Assembly: GCA_000092065.1 (NCBI GenBank)
Contig: CP000593.1
Strand: one strand, 5' to 3'
DNA from: Ostreococcus lucimarinus
Lineage: Eukaryota
DNA: 64,000 bases
The notes beneath the pieces are model-generated. The model was not told where the DNA came from. It did not search any database and saw only the letters and a program-made list of their open reading frames with translations. The position numbers and the translations under genes are program-made. Below are positions 10,951-21,510 of the stretch, in pieces (the first letter of the stretch is position 1; every line of letters begins with the position of its first letter).

Positions 10951-11208
10951 CGCGACGGCGTGGGATCACGTTCACGCGCGCGTGTGCGCGTCCAAAGGGA
11001 GATCGATGCGCGCGTGCGTCGTGGACGCGTCGCGATCTGATGCCGACCAAAGTCATCCATCCAAAGTCGCCATTCGCGAGTCCAGCGGCGGTTCGCGATT
11101 TTGACCGTGGCCCCGACGCCGGCGCGGTCGGTCGATTCGGCGCGCGGTGGCTAAAATTAAAAGGGCTACTTTTAGGTTTGGATAGTGCGTGGAACGAGGC
11201 GCGAGCGG

Positions 11209-12465
11209 TCACTTGATGTCGCAAAAATCGACGTCGCCGGCTTCGCCAGAGTACGATACGTGGAGCTCGAGCTCGGGATTCGCGATGTGGAGCATCATTT
11301 TGACCACGGCGCACTCGCTGGTCATGACCGGGCCAGATTTGGCCCCTACGGCTAACGCGCCGAGACCGGCGGCGTAGAGCTCCGGTCGTAATTCGCCGCT
11401 TTGACACTGCGTCGATAGGTAGATTTGCAATCCGCGCGACGCTTGGCTGGTGAGCCAAGGGACGAGGCTCTGCGGGAAGTTTCCCACGCCGAACGCTTCC
11501 AAGATGATGCCTCGCACGCCTCGACCGTACAAATCGCCGTACGCCTTTTCGATGTCTAAGCCAGGAATCACCGGGACGCGTATGACGTTCGAATTCAACT
11601 CAAATTGCGGCGCGTACTCTGGCGCCGGCCGTAACAAACGCGCGTGGTTCCAATCGACCCCCACTCCTAATCTCGCGAGCGCTGGATACGAAGGTGAACT
11701 AAACGCCGCGTACACCGTCGCGCTCGTCTTTGACGCGCGATTCCCGCGTAAAAGCTTACCGCCGAAACAAATCGCCACCTCCGCGAAATCCACGGTACCT
11801 CCGCAGCTTCGACTCGCGCAACAGCACGTCAGGGCGTCAATCAAATTTTGGCGCGCGTCCGATCGCGCGAACGACAGAGGCAACTGCGAGCCCGTCAACA
11901 CGATCGGCTTTCCGAACCCAACCAGCATCAACGACAGCGCGCTCGCCGCGTACGCCATCGTATCCGTTCCGTGCGCCACGACGAACGCCGAGTACTCCTC
12001 CCTCCTCTCGTGCAGCGCCCGCGCGAGCGTCACCCAATCCTTTCCGTCCATCTCGCTCGAGTCTTTATTCATCAACACCTCCACGTCCAGCCGCGCGAAA
12101 TCTCGCAGCTCGGGTATCACCTCCTGCACGTCCAACAGATATTTCGACGCCCCCAGCGGTCTGTACTTGCCACCCGCGCGCGGGACGACGTCCGCCTCTC
12201 GCAGCTCGAACGACTCCACCCCCATCCCGAGCGTGCCGCCGCAGTGGAGCAGCATCACGCGCGGTCGCTCGTCGTCGCCCGTCGTCGCGCTCGCGGAGGC
12301 ATCGCGCGCGCGCGCGAGCGATTTCACCGGCGACGCGCGCGAGTCGGGCACCGACGCGACGAACGCGTCGTAGCTCTCGCTTCGCGGGATCGCGCCGGGC
12401 GCGAACGGCATGGACACGCGCGACGCGTCGCGTCGCTCGCTCGCGACGTCGGGCGCGCGCGACAT
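11209..12465 (-). CDS. L-asparaginase (type I/AnsA-like)
   Basis: LHCGGTLGM and AHGTDTMAYAASAL signature motifs; ATG at 12465. Confidence 0.85.
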   Translation of the reverse strand: MSRAPDVASERRDASRVSMPFAPGAIPRSESYDAFVASVPDSRASPVKSLARARDASASATTGDDERPRVMLLHCGGTLGMGVESFELREADVVPRAGGKYRPLGASKYLLDVQEVIPELRDFARLDVEVLMNKDSSEMDGKDWVTLARALHERREEYSAFVVAHGTDTMAYAASALSLMLVGFGKPIVLTGSQLPLSFARSDARQNLIDALTCCCASRSCGGTVDFAEVAICFGGKLLRGNRASKTSATVYAAFSSPSYPALARLGVGVDWNHARLLRPAPEYAPQFELNSNVIRVPVIPGLDIEKAYGDLYGRGVRGIILEAFGVGNFPQSLVPWLTSQASRGLQIYLSTQCQSGELRPELYAAGLGALAVGAKSGPVMTSECAVVKMMLHIANPELELHVSYSGEAGDVDFCDIK

Positions 12466-12550
12466 CGCGTCGCGAAGTGCGCGAGGCGTCGGTCGGCGAA
12501 GCCAATCGTCGTTTCGAGGCGCCCTCGCGCGAGGACGCGTTGCAAACGGC

Positions 12551-12580
12551 TACGCTACGCTACGCTACGCTACGCTACGC
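12551..12580. repeat. Pentanucleotide microsatellite (TACGC)x6
   Basis: Six perfect tandem units; the carrier gene stop codon (12575..12577, TAG on minus) is one of the units. Confidence 0.95.
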
Positions 12581-13567
12581 GACGGGATCGTCGTTTAATA
12601 CGCCTAAAACGCCCTCGTACGCGGCGAACGTGATGGCCGAACTCGGTAACACGCGAACGACGTTGGGGGCGAAGCCCTTGTAGAAGCCGCGAACGCCCTC
12701 GCGAGCGAAGGTGCGCGAGACGGCTTCGCCGAAGCGCGCGTACGTCGGGGCGTCCGCGGGTCTACCGACGTCCGAGCGCTGTTGAATGCGCGCGCGCACG
12801 ACTTGAATTGGATAAGTCGCGGTCACGGCGATGAATTTCGACGCCAAGCCCAGGGCGCCAGCCTCGACCGGGGCGACGTCCGCCGCGCCCCCTCGCGCGC
12901 GTCTCGCTCTGCCGCTCGCCGCGATTTCCTTCAACCACTCGTACGCCGTCAACTGTATCGAACCGTGCGAGACGAGCCATATCGACGGCACGAGTCCCTT
13001 GTATAACCCTCTCAACCCTTCCTTTCGCGCGATCGTCGCCAACGCGTCGACGAATCCCGCGTATCGCTTTTCGCCGCTCTTCGCCGCTTCGCTCGCCGCG
13101 TCCCCTAATCCTCCTCCTCTCTGCAACTGCAACCGCGTCTTCACCACCCAAATCGGGTTCGTCAGCACCGTCGTCACCACCCCCGCCTCCGTGGCCGCCA
13201 TCATGTTCGCGCCCGCCGGCAGCGCCCCGTTTCGCTCTCGTCCGAGCGCGTCCGCGTACCGCGCCCGCGCGCCGTCGTACCACGCGAAATACGCCCCCCA
13301 GCTCACCGCGCTCCCGACGATCGCCGGCGCGGCGCCCGCGTAGATCCCGCGCGCGCCTTCCTCGGCGACGATCCGTCGCGCGCCTCGCCACGCGCCCGCG
13401 TACCGCGCGCGTCGCGCGTCCGGGTCGTCCTGCACCTGCAGCCGCGTCTTCACGACGTCGAGCGGGTGCAGCGCGAGCGTGCTCGACGCGCCGCCCGCGA
13501 CGCCGGCGACGAACGCGCGCCAATCGCTCGCGCGCGCGTCGCGCGCGTCGGCGCGCGCGCGCGCCAT
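12575..13567 (-). CDS. Mitochondrial carrier, folate/FAD-transporter-like (SLC25A32-like)
   Basis: Three carrier repeats: HPLDVVKTRLQ, NPIWVVKTRLQ, YPIQVVRARIQ; ORF start 13624 is GTG, first ATG is 13567. Confidence 0.8.
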   Translation of the reverse strand: MARARADARDARASDWRAFVAGVAGGASSTLALHPLDVVKTRLQVQDDPDARRARYAGAWRGARRIVAEEGARGIYAGAAPAIVGSAVSWGAYFAWYDGARARYADALGRERNGALPAGANMMAATEAGVVTTVLTNPIWVVKTRLQLQRGGGLGDAASEAAKSGEKRYAGFVDALATIARKEGLRGLYKGLVPSIWLVSHGSIQLTAYEWLKEIAASGRARRARGGAADVAPVEAGALGLASKFIAVTATYPIQVVRARIQQRSDVGRPADAPTYARFGEAVSRTFAREGVRGFYKGFAPNVVRVLPSSAITFAAYEGVLGVLNDDPVA

Positions 13568-14181
13568 GCTGCGGCGTCCGCCGCGCGGGCCGTCGAGGCT
13601 GGGCGGCGTTCTGCTGATACTCACACTGTTTACCCATACGAAGACACATACTCTTGAGTCATGAACCGTCGACGAAACGCACGCGTCGACGCATCCTCGC
13701 GAAGACCCCAGGACGGCGGCGGCGCCATTCTTCGACGGTCAAAGGTGCGCCCGCGCGCGGCGAACGACGCGCGCGCGACGGCGATCGACGGACGCGGCGG
13801 TGGGAAATATTCGCGCGCGTCGCGGCGCGCGCGCGAGGGCGCGCGACGACGCGAGGGCGAGGCGATGCGGGCGCCGCGCGATCGATCGCGGACGACGATC
13901 GATCGCGGACGGCGCGCGGACGACGATCGGACGCGGTGACGCCGCGATGCGACGCGCGAGGCGTCGGTCGCGGATGGAAACGATCGGGAGGAATACGCGC
14001 GCGATGGATCGGGCGGCGCGGGACGCGCGCGAGGGTCGCGAGCGAGGGGGGGGGGCGAGGTTGACGATCGCGATCCGATGGCGGCGCGATGGCGGGAGGT
14101 TTGGACGCGGGACGAGGCGAGACGAGAGGAAGGGGGACTGACGATGCGCGCGTGGCTCGAAACAGTTGAAATAAACGCACA

Positions 14182-15585
14182 ATGTCTGAAGGCAAGGAAC
14201 ATCTTTCCATCGTGATCTGCGGTCACGTCGATTCCGGTAAGTCGACGACGACCGGTCGCTTGTTATTCGAGCTCGGGGGTATCCCGGAGCGCGAACTCGA
14301 AAAGCTTCGCGCCGAAGCCGATGCGCTCGGTAAGTCTTCTTTCGCGTTCGCGTTCTACATGGATCGCCAAAAGGAAGAGCGTGAGCGTGGTGTGACGATT
14401 TCTTGCACGACCAAGGAATTCTTCACGGACAAGTGGCACTACACCATCATCGACGCCCCGGGTCACCGCGATTTCATCAAGAACATGATTTCCGGCGCGG
14501 CGCAAGCCGATGTGGCGCTTCTCATGGTGCCGGCGGACGGTAACTTCACGGTCGCCATCCAAAAGGGTAACCACAAGGCTGGTGAAGTCCAAGGCCAAAC
14601 GCGCCAGCACGCGCGTCTTCTCAACTTGCTCGGCGTCAAGCAGCTCATTTGCGGCATCAACAAGATGGATTGCGACATGGCTGGCTACAAGCAAGAGCGT
14701 TACGAAGAAATTCGCAACGAAATGAAGAACATGTTGATCAAGGTCGGCTGGAAGAAGGATTACGTCGAGAAGAGCGTCCCGGTCCTCCCGATCTCTGGCT
14801 GGAACGGCGACAACTTGTTGTCCAAGTCCGCGAAGATGCCGTGGTGGAACGGCGTCGACGTCGAAGACTACATGGGCGGCGGCAAGAAGTTCCACATCGA
14901 CTGCCTCCTCAACGTCCTCAACGACATGGTCGACAAGCCGGACCGCAACACGGAAGCCGCCATGCGCCTTCCGATTTCCGGTGTCTACAAGATCAAGGGT
15001 GTCGGTGATGTCCTCGCCGGTCGCGTCGAGCAAGGTCTCGTCAAGCCGGGTGAAGACGTCGTCTTCCTCCCGACCCACACCTCCTCCAACCCGTGCGGTG
15101 GTAAGGTGTTCACCGTCGAAATGCACCACAAGCGCGTCGAAGCCGCCGCGCCGGGTGACAACGTCGGTATGAACATCAAGGGTCTCGACAAGCTCAACAT
15201 GCCGCGCACCGGTGACGTGATGATCTACAAGAAGGACACCTCCCTCGCCCCGTGCAAGGAGTTCACCGCGCAAATCCAAACCTTGGACATTCCGGGTGAA
15301 CTCAAGGCGGGCTACAGCCCCATCGGTTTCGTCCGATGCGGCCGCTCCGCGTGCAAGTTGACCGCGCTCAACTTCAAGGTTGGCAAGGAAACCGGCGGTA
15401 AGAAGCTCGAGTCCCCGATGTCGTTGAAGTCCAACGAAGTCGCCGAGTGCGTCTTCGAGCCGGTCCACCCGCTCGTCGTCGACTCCTTCAAGAAGTGCGA
15501 AGGTCTTTCCCGCATCGCTTTCTTGGACGGTAACACCGCCGTCATGTTGGGTAAGATCACCAAGGTTGAGTACAAGGCCATCTAA
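14182..15585 (+). CDS. EFL: Elongation factor-like GTPase EFL (EF-1alpha-like)
   Basis: HLSIVICGHVDSGKSTTTGRL, DAPGHRDF, NKMD; EFL-type sequence throughout; lower GC and strong codon bias typical of a highly expressed gene. Confidence 0.95.
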   Translation: MSEGKEHLSIVICGHVDSGKSTTTGRLLFELGGIPERELEKLRAEADALGKSSFAFAFYMDRQKEERERGVTISCTTKEFFTDKWHYTIIDAPGHRDFIKNMISGAAQADVALLMVPADGNFTVAIQKGNHKAGEVQGQTRQHARLLNLLGVKQLICGINKMDCDMAGYKQERYEEIRNEMKNMLIKVGWKKDYVEKSVPVLPISGWNGDNLLSKSAKMPWWNGVDVEDYMGGGKKFHIDCLLNVLNDMVDKPDRNTEAAMRLPISGVYKIKGVGDVLAGRVEQGLVKPGEDVVFLPTHTSSNPCGGKVFTVEMHHKRVEAAAPGDNVGMNIKGLDKLNMPRTGDVMIYKKDTSLAPCKEFTAQIQTLDIPGELKAGYSPIGFVRCGRSACKLTALNFKVGKETGGKKLESPMSLKSNEVAECVFEPVHPLVVDSFKKCEGLSRIAFLDGNTAVMLGKITKVEYKAI

Positions 15586-15766
15586 AGCCTTTGCTTCTTG
15601 ATCTTAGCGGTATAGAGTCCCAGTGAGAAAATACGTCGTACCATACTTTTGTGTTCAACGAACGAATGTGATCCTAAAATAAAGTTGTAACGAGAGACGC
15701 ATTCAAATTTTCGCCGAAAACAACCTCGAATTCAACATCAAATTAAAACACGTAAATCTACGCCGC

Positions 15767-17880
15767 CTACTTGGAAATCTTTGCACACGCGCGTTCGAGC
15801 CACGTTTTAGTCTCCCCCGACACTCGCGGGGAAATTTGTTGCCAAACTTTTTCGTGATACGCGTTCACCCACGCGATTTCTTTTTCACTCATAATGCTCA
15901 AGTCCATGAGTTTCGTTTGAATCGGGATCAACGTCAAGACGTCAAAGCATAAAAATCCAGTGTCTCCGAAGTTGTGCGCAGTCTTCGCCTCCTTCACTTG
16001 CAGAAGCGTCTCGATGCGGATACCGAACGCACCGTCTTCGTAATACCCCGGCTCGTTGCTCAAGATCATTCCTGGCATAAGGGGCGTCATGTTTCCAAAA
16101 CGCGGAGAGATTCCTTGCGGACCTTCGTGCACGTTGAGCGCCGCGCCGACGCCGTGGCCGGTGCCGTGACGGTAATCCAAGCCGTTGGCCCACAGGTGCG
16201 ATCGCGCAAAGGCGTCGAGAACGAAACCTTTCGTGCCGACAGGGAAAACCATTTGGTCGAGTGCGATGTGACCTTGGAGCACGCGCGTGTAGCACTCCTT
16301 TTGATGAGCGGTGGGCGTTCCGAAGTGCACCGTTCGAGTGACATCCGTCGTGCCACACGCGTACTGGCCGCCGCTGTCGCAGAGTAATAAGCTGTCCTTA
16401 CCGATAGCCCTCGCGCTCTTTTTCGAAGCACGGTAGTGCACCACGGCGCCATGAGGACCTTCACCCGCGATCGTCGGGAACGATTCTTCGAAGAAACCGT
16501 TTTGCTTGGCTCGGCACGCCAAGACCCTCTCGCCAGCTTCGTACTCGTCAATGGCGCGCCCCTCGGCGACGTCTCGCTCGATCGCGCACCAGAATTCAGC
16601 CATCGCAGCGCCATCCATGAGGTGGGCTTCGACCATACCGGCCATCTCGGCCTCATTCTTCACCGCCTTTGCGATCGGGACCGGACACGTGCCCTCCTTG
16701 ATGGCGGACGGCGCGCTCTCCGTCTTCACCTTTTTCGCATCCTTGGGCGCTTCGGCGGCTCCGGCTTCAGCCTGTTCGAGCATGGCGATGGAGACCTTAT
16801 CGACGTCCATCCAGAGTCGCTCACCGCGCTGTGCCGCGGCATACACGTCTTTGGCCATGTCTTCGTACGGCTTGATCGTCACGTTTGCCTCGGCGAGATG
16901 CGCCACGACTTCAGGCGTCGCCTTGTCCGTGTCGACGTAAAACGAAGCGTCGTTTTCACCCACCAAGACGTAAGACAACGTCACCGGATTACACGGTGCA
17001 TCACCGCCTCGAACATTGCATAGCCACATGACGTCATCCAACGAGCTCACGACGAGCTTCTGCGCGTCGTTTTCCTTCATTTTTTCTCGAAGGTTTTCCA
17101 ATTTTTCCGCCACGCTCTTCCCCGCGTACTCCATCGGGTGCACTCTGAGCGGCGTCTTCGGGAACGGTGGACGATCGCTCCAAACCAAATCTACCAAGTT
17201 CTCTTCGACGCTCATCAACTCGATCCCGCACGCGCTCAACGCTTCTCTCAAACCTCGCGCCTCGCTCACCGAGTGCACGTTTGGATCGATGCCCACCTTG
17301 GCTCCGGTAAACGCCAGTCCCGCCTCCTCCGCGCACAACCACTTCTTCACGTCCGGCACATCCTTCACCCCACTTCGCATCAGAGTCCAGTCCTCGCTCA
17401 GCTCGTCTTCAGCCTGCACGAAATACCGTCCATCCGTCCACAACAACGCCGCCGCGTCCGTCACCACCACCGTCCCCGCCGACCCCGTAAAATCGCTCAA
17501 CCATCGTCGTCGCTCGAAGCACGCCGCCACGTACTCACTGCGTTCCCCACAAAAACACGCCCTCGCCCGTTCGTCAGTCTTTCCCGTCGCGCGCGTCGTC
17601 GTTCCTCGTTTCGTTCGTTCGCCTTCGCTTCGCCGACGCGCCTAAAGTGCGGATCCTGCGACGGCACGACGACCGCTCGCACCCCTCGCTTCGCCATCGC
17701 CTCTCGCACCGCCGCGAGCTTCGACGCGTTCGAGCGTTCGCCCGTCGTCATGCTCGCTCGCTCGGCGATCGCGGCGTCGCGCGCGCGGGTCGTCGTTTTG
17801 AGTTTTCGAGCGGCGAGGCGACGCGATGACGTCGGCGTTCTCGCGGCGACGCGCGCGGCGACGAGACGCGCGGCGCGCAT
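15767..17880 (-). CDS. Xaa-Pro aminopeptidase (M24B, APP1/XPNPEP1-like), 2 exons: 17880..17642 and 17537..15767
   Basis: HGTGHGVG and SNEPGYYEDGAFGIRIE motifs. Exon 1 (...LAAVREAMAKRGVRAVVVPSQDPHF) joins exon 2 to give PSQDPHFSEYVAACFERRRWLSDFTGSAG, colinear with homologues. Alternative cytosolic start ATG at 17751. Confidence 0.85.
17538..17641 (-). other. Probable GC-AG intron (104 nt) of Xaa-Pro aminopeptidase
   Basis: AG|GCGCGT donor, AGACTGACGA branch motif, CGCAG acceptor; only this splice restores the conserved SEY tripeptide. Confidence 0.65.
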
Positions 17881-18103
17881 GCACGATTCGAACGCGCGCG
17901 TCGGTCGCGTCGGTCGCGTCGGTCCGTCCGTCGAGCCGGTGGCGCGCGCGGGAGTGACGACCGAGGCGCGCGCGGTCGACGCGCGTCGGTTGAATCGAAC
18001 GGCTGGTTGGTTCACGATTTCAAGCTTTACGACCGGGCGACGCGCCGCGAGACGATTCGGAACGCCGACGCCGTTCGAGGGCGACGACGACGACGCGGAC
18101 CGA

Positions 18104-20402
18104 CTAACAGCGCTCGAAAATTTTGTACAACTGCTCGAGGCACGCGATCTGAATGACGGTGCCGTCGTCGGCGAAACGACGAGGCGGGGCGAGACGGCGC
18201 TTCATCGCGGGAAAGACGCAGAGGCGAGCGACGCGACGAGCGTCGGACTCGGCGTCGCCTTCTTCGGCTTTCGGATCGTGGAAAGAGCAGTCCATGGCGA
18301 AAAATGCGCCGATGACTCGAGCGCAGGTTTCGAAGCACTCTTTTTCACTCGTCCAATCGACGTCTTCGGCGAGGGCGAGGACGAACTCGGGAAGTTTGCC
18401 GATTTCCGGCGCGTACCCGGGAAGCATCGACGGCACTCCGGTGATCTGACGCCGTTCCTTGTCGATGACGACGCCGAGATACTCCTTGAGCATGTCCGCC
18501 TTTTCGACGAGCATCTCTGCGATTTTCTCTGCGACTTCCTCCTTGGAGCCATCGCTCGCGTCCCACTCTTCGTCGTCGACGAATTTATCCTCCAGCGCGC
18601 ACAGCGCGAGTTCGGCCAAAGACGCGGGATCTTGCAGCGATTGGTACCCAAAGTTGGCGAAGTTCTTCAAAGCCATTTGATGGAACATTTCCTCGGTGAG
18701 CTTTACGGCGTCCACCATGAAGAGCTTGGTTTGGTGCTGAAGTAACCACACGCCTTTGCGCGCGTCCACGGCGCCGACGAGTGTGTGATTTTTAATCACG
18801 TCGCCGAGCTCCTTGTGCGCGCGATTGGCGATTTCGGTGTTAAGCTGGCGAATAGACGTCAACTCGCACACGTACGTGTCTTCGGGTTCCGTGCGCTGTC
18901 CTCGACGCTCTCTCACCGCGCGTCGAACCTCTTCTATTTTCTCGTGTTCGCGTCCCTCGGAATTCATCGCTCGCTGCAAGTACGCGTCCAAACTCCCCGC
19001 TGCTAAATTCGCATCCGTGCGAACGAGCTTGTGATCACCACCCGCGCGTTCGCGCTGTGTCCGCATCGTCTTCGCCTGCGACGCCGGCGGTTCGTCCGCT
19101 TTTTCGCTATTTTCCTTGTCGCCGCTTCGCTCGGCGTCGTTTTCGTCATCCTTCTTTGCCAGTTTCTCCGCGCCAGGAAGCAGTGTTTGCACGGTGAATG
19201 TTCGCGACGAATTCGTCGCGAGAAGAATCTTCTCTAGTTTGGACTGAATCAACTCCACAATGGCTTCTTGGTGCAGAAAGTGCACCTCCTGTTTCGTGGG
19301 ATGCACGTTGACGTCGACGTCTTCAAACGGCAGGCGGAGGTGCATGAATACAAACGGCTTCTCAGCCTTGGGGAGTATCGCCGCGTACACCGACTCACAC
19401 GCGCGCTTGAGCGGCGCGCACTCCACTAAACGCGAATTGATGAACAAAATGAACGTCGTCTTCTTTGAATGATAATTCCCACCGCTCACTAAACCGTCCA
19501 CTTGCAGCTTGAAATCAAACTTTTTCTTGGACAGCTCGCTGTCGAAGTCGAGCTTCTTCAAATCTCTCGCCACCGTGGGACCGTAAATCGCCTGCAACCG
19601 CTCGACGCGCGATTGCGCCACGGGAGTGTGCAACGTCGCTCGCGACTCACCGTGCTTCCGACACGTGAACGCCACATCCGTTCGCAACGCCGCGTACCTC
19701 TGCAACACCTCGAGCACTTTCGAGTACTCCTCTGACGCGCTCTTCAACGCCTTCCTTCGAGTCACGACGTTATAAAACAAGTTCTCCACGCTAATCGTAG
19801 TTCCTAACACCCCCGCGATCGGTTTCGCCCCCTCCGCATCCATCTTCCCATCCGTATACGTCGCTCGAGTCGCGTGCGTCGCCCCCGCCGCCATCGTCGT
19901 CGCCGACACGTGCGCCACGTAGCTCATGCTCGCCAGCGCCTCTCCTCGAAACCCAAAGCTCTCGCATCGCGCTAAATCCTCAAACTTTTCAATCTTACTC
20001 GTCGCGTGTCGCTCGCACAGCAGCGGCAAGTCCTCTATTCGCACTCCGTGTCCGTCGTCTTGCACTCGCAACAGTTTATTCCCGCCCTCCCTCGTCGTCA
20101 CCGCGATCGACTTCGCGCCCGCGTCCAACGAGTTCTCCACCAGCTCTTTCAGCGCGTTCGACGGTCGATGGATCACCTGCGCGCGCGTTCGGTCGTCGCG
20201 TCGTCTCGCGTCGTCAGTCGCGCGTTCGCGTCGTCCGTCGTCGAGCTGACGTTCAAACATTCAATCTCTCATCGCGCGCGCCGTCGCGCGCCGGCCCTCG
20301 ACGCACCTCTCCCGCGGCGACGCGATTGACGACGTCGCTCGGCAGGCGCCCGATGGCGCGCGGCGTCGACGCGCCGTCGCGCGCGCCGTCACCGCGCGTC
20401 AT
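18104..20402 (-). CDS. MLH1: DNA mismatch repair protein MLH1, 2 exons: 20402..20307 and 20176..18104
   Basis: Exon 1 encodes MTRGDGARDGASTPRAIGRLPSDVVNRVAAGE. It joins to VIHRPSNALKELVENSLDAG (GHKL ATPase motif I). DDGHGV present; C-terminus ends FERC as in MLH1. Confidence 0.9.
20177..20306 (-). other. Spliceosomal intron (130 nt) of MLH1
   Basis: GTGCGT donor, CGACTGACGA branch motif, GCGCAG acceptor; both exons stay in frame (96 + 2073 nt). Confidence 0.85.
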
Positions 20403-20476
20403 GACGAATCCTTTCGCCGCACACCGCGTCGCGCTCTGCCGCGCGCGCGCCGTCGGGCGCGCCCGCGCGTCGACGC

Positions 20477-21454
20477 ATGCGCGCCGCCGCCCGCGCGCGC
20501 TCGCCCGCGCGCTCGAGCGCGCCCGCGCGCGCCGTCGCGCGCCGTCGACCGGCGCCGATTCGCCGCCGCCGCGCCGCGCGCGCCGACGCGACCGCGACGC
20601 GCTCGAGCGCCGACGACCGCGACGCGCTCGACGCGTTCGCGCGCGCGACGCCGCGCGCGACGCGCGCGTTCGAGCTCCTGCGCGAAAGCCGACGCGCGAT
20701 CGACGCGGAGGCGATGACGGCGATGTGCTACGTCGGCGCGATTCGGCGTCGGCGCGCGACGCGCGGCGAGACGGCGTGCGTCGCGAAGATTTGTGAACGG
20801 TGGAGCGCGCGCGTCGGCGGGCGACTGGGACGCGTGCGAGCGTCGCTGGAGGCGGAGGATGGGTCGGCGGCGGCGCGAGCGGTGGCGAGGGAGGTGGGAA
20901 AGTGCGAGGCGGAGGCGACGGCGCTCGCGCGGCGATTCGCGCACGAGGCGATCGAGGCGACGGAGGCGTTCGAGACGCGCGAGGCGGCGGACGACGCGAC
21001 GACGTCCGAGGCGCGCGGTGACGGTGACGGTGACGGTGACGGTGACGGCGTGAATGGGATACCGGAGAAGTGGCGCATGGCGTGCGGGAACGTGAACGGA
21101 TACTTGGAGTACGCGGGGGCGACGTTGACGTTTGAGGAGTGGGCGCGGGTGCGCGAGGCGTTCGACGCCGTCGTGACGGAGGTGGACGGGGACGACGCGA
21201 GCGCGCGGTACGTGCGCGACGATGGGAATTGGAACGCGATGAAGGCGATGATGGATGATTCCGTCGTGCGACCGAGAAGGCTGTCGCAGGTGGAGAATAA
21301 CGCGCGGTACGCGAACGCCAAAGCCGAGCTCGACGAGGCGAAAAAGGCGTGGAAGGAGGCGAACGAAATTTACAAGGACGCGCGAAGGAGAATTAAGCAG
21401 GCCAGGCACGAGGTGCACAAAACGCGCAAGGCGGTGAGAATAGAGTACAGATGA
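20477..21454 (+). CDS. Hypothetical protein (Arg/Ala-rich N-terminus, (GD)5 tract, coiled-coil-like C-terminus)
   Basis: ATG ORF divergent from MLH1; the C-terminal 150 aa have normal composition (WRMACGNVNGYLEYAGATLTFEEW...). No family recognised. Confidence 0.45.
   Translation: MRAAARARSPARSSAPARAVARRRPAPIRRRRAARADATATRSSADDRDALDAFARATPRATRAFELLRESRRAIDAEAMTAMCYVGAIRRRRATRGETACVAKICERWSARVGGRLGRVRASLEAEDGSAAARAVAREVGKCEAEATALARRFAHEAIEATEAFETREAADDATTSEARGDGDGDGDGDGVNGIPEKWRMACGNVNGYLEYAGATLTFEEWARVREAFDAVVTEVDGDDASARYVRDDGNWNAMKAMMDDSVVRPRRLSQVENNARYANAKAELDEAKKAWKEANEIYKDARRRIKQARHEVHKTRKAVRIEYR
21017..21046 (+). repeat. Hexanucleotide repeat (GGTGAC)x5 encoding (GD)5
   Basis: Five perfect tandem units inside ORF 20477..21454. 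Confidence 0.95.
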
Positions 21455-21510
21455 TGACGATGACAATCCGCGGTACGAGTAGTAGTTTTGTAAGGTGACG
21501 CGTACGACAT

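Noticed and set aside
13630-14226. Several overlapping 90-200-aa ORFs in the MFT-carrier/EFL intergenic region
   Set aside because: Extremely Arg/Ala/Ser-rich translations in all frames; this is GC-rich divergent promoter/UTR DNA, not coding.
14263-15468. 401-aa ORF antisense to EFL, and similar long antisense or overlapping ORFs (e.g. 9741..10823, 2717..3760, 7345..8370, 27174..28559, 52774..54426, 57579..59126 upstream part, 59738..61525)
   Set aside because: High GC suppresses stop codons on all strands. These frames are Arg/Ala/Gly/His-rich and low in complexity, lack recognisable motifs, and lie opposite genes with unambiguous homology.
17538-17641. GT-AG alternative for the aminopeptidase P intron (donor GTCGGC at 17637, acceptor 4 nt further in)
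   Set aside because: It is in frame, but it replaces the conserved SEY with RR, and its donor does not match the local GTGCGT-type consensus.
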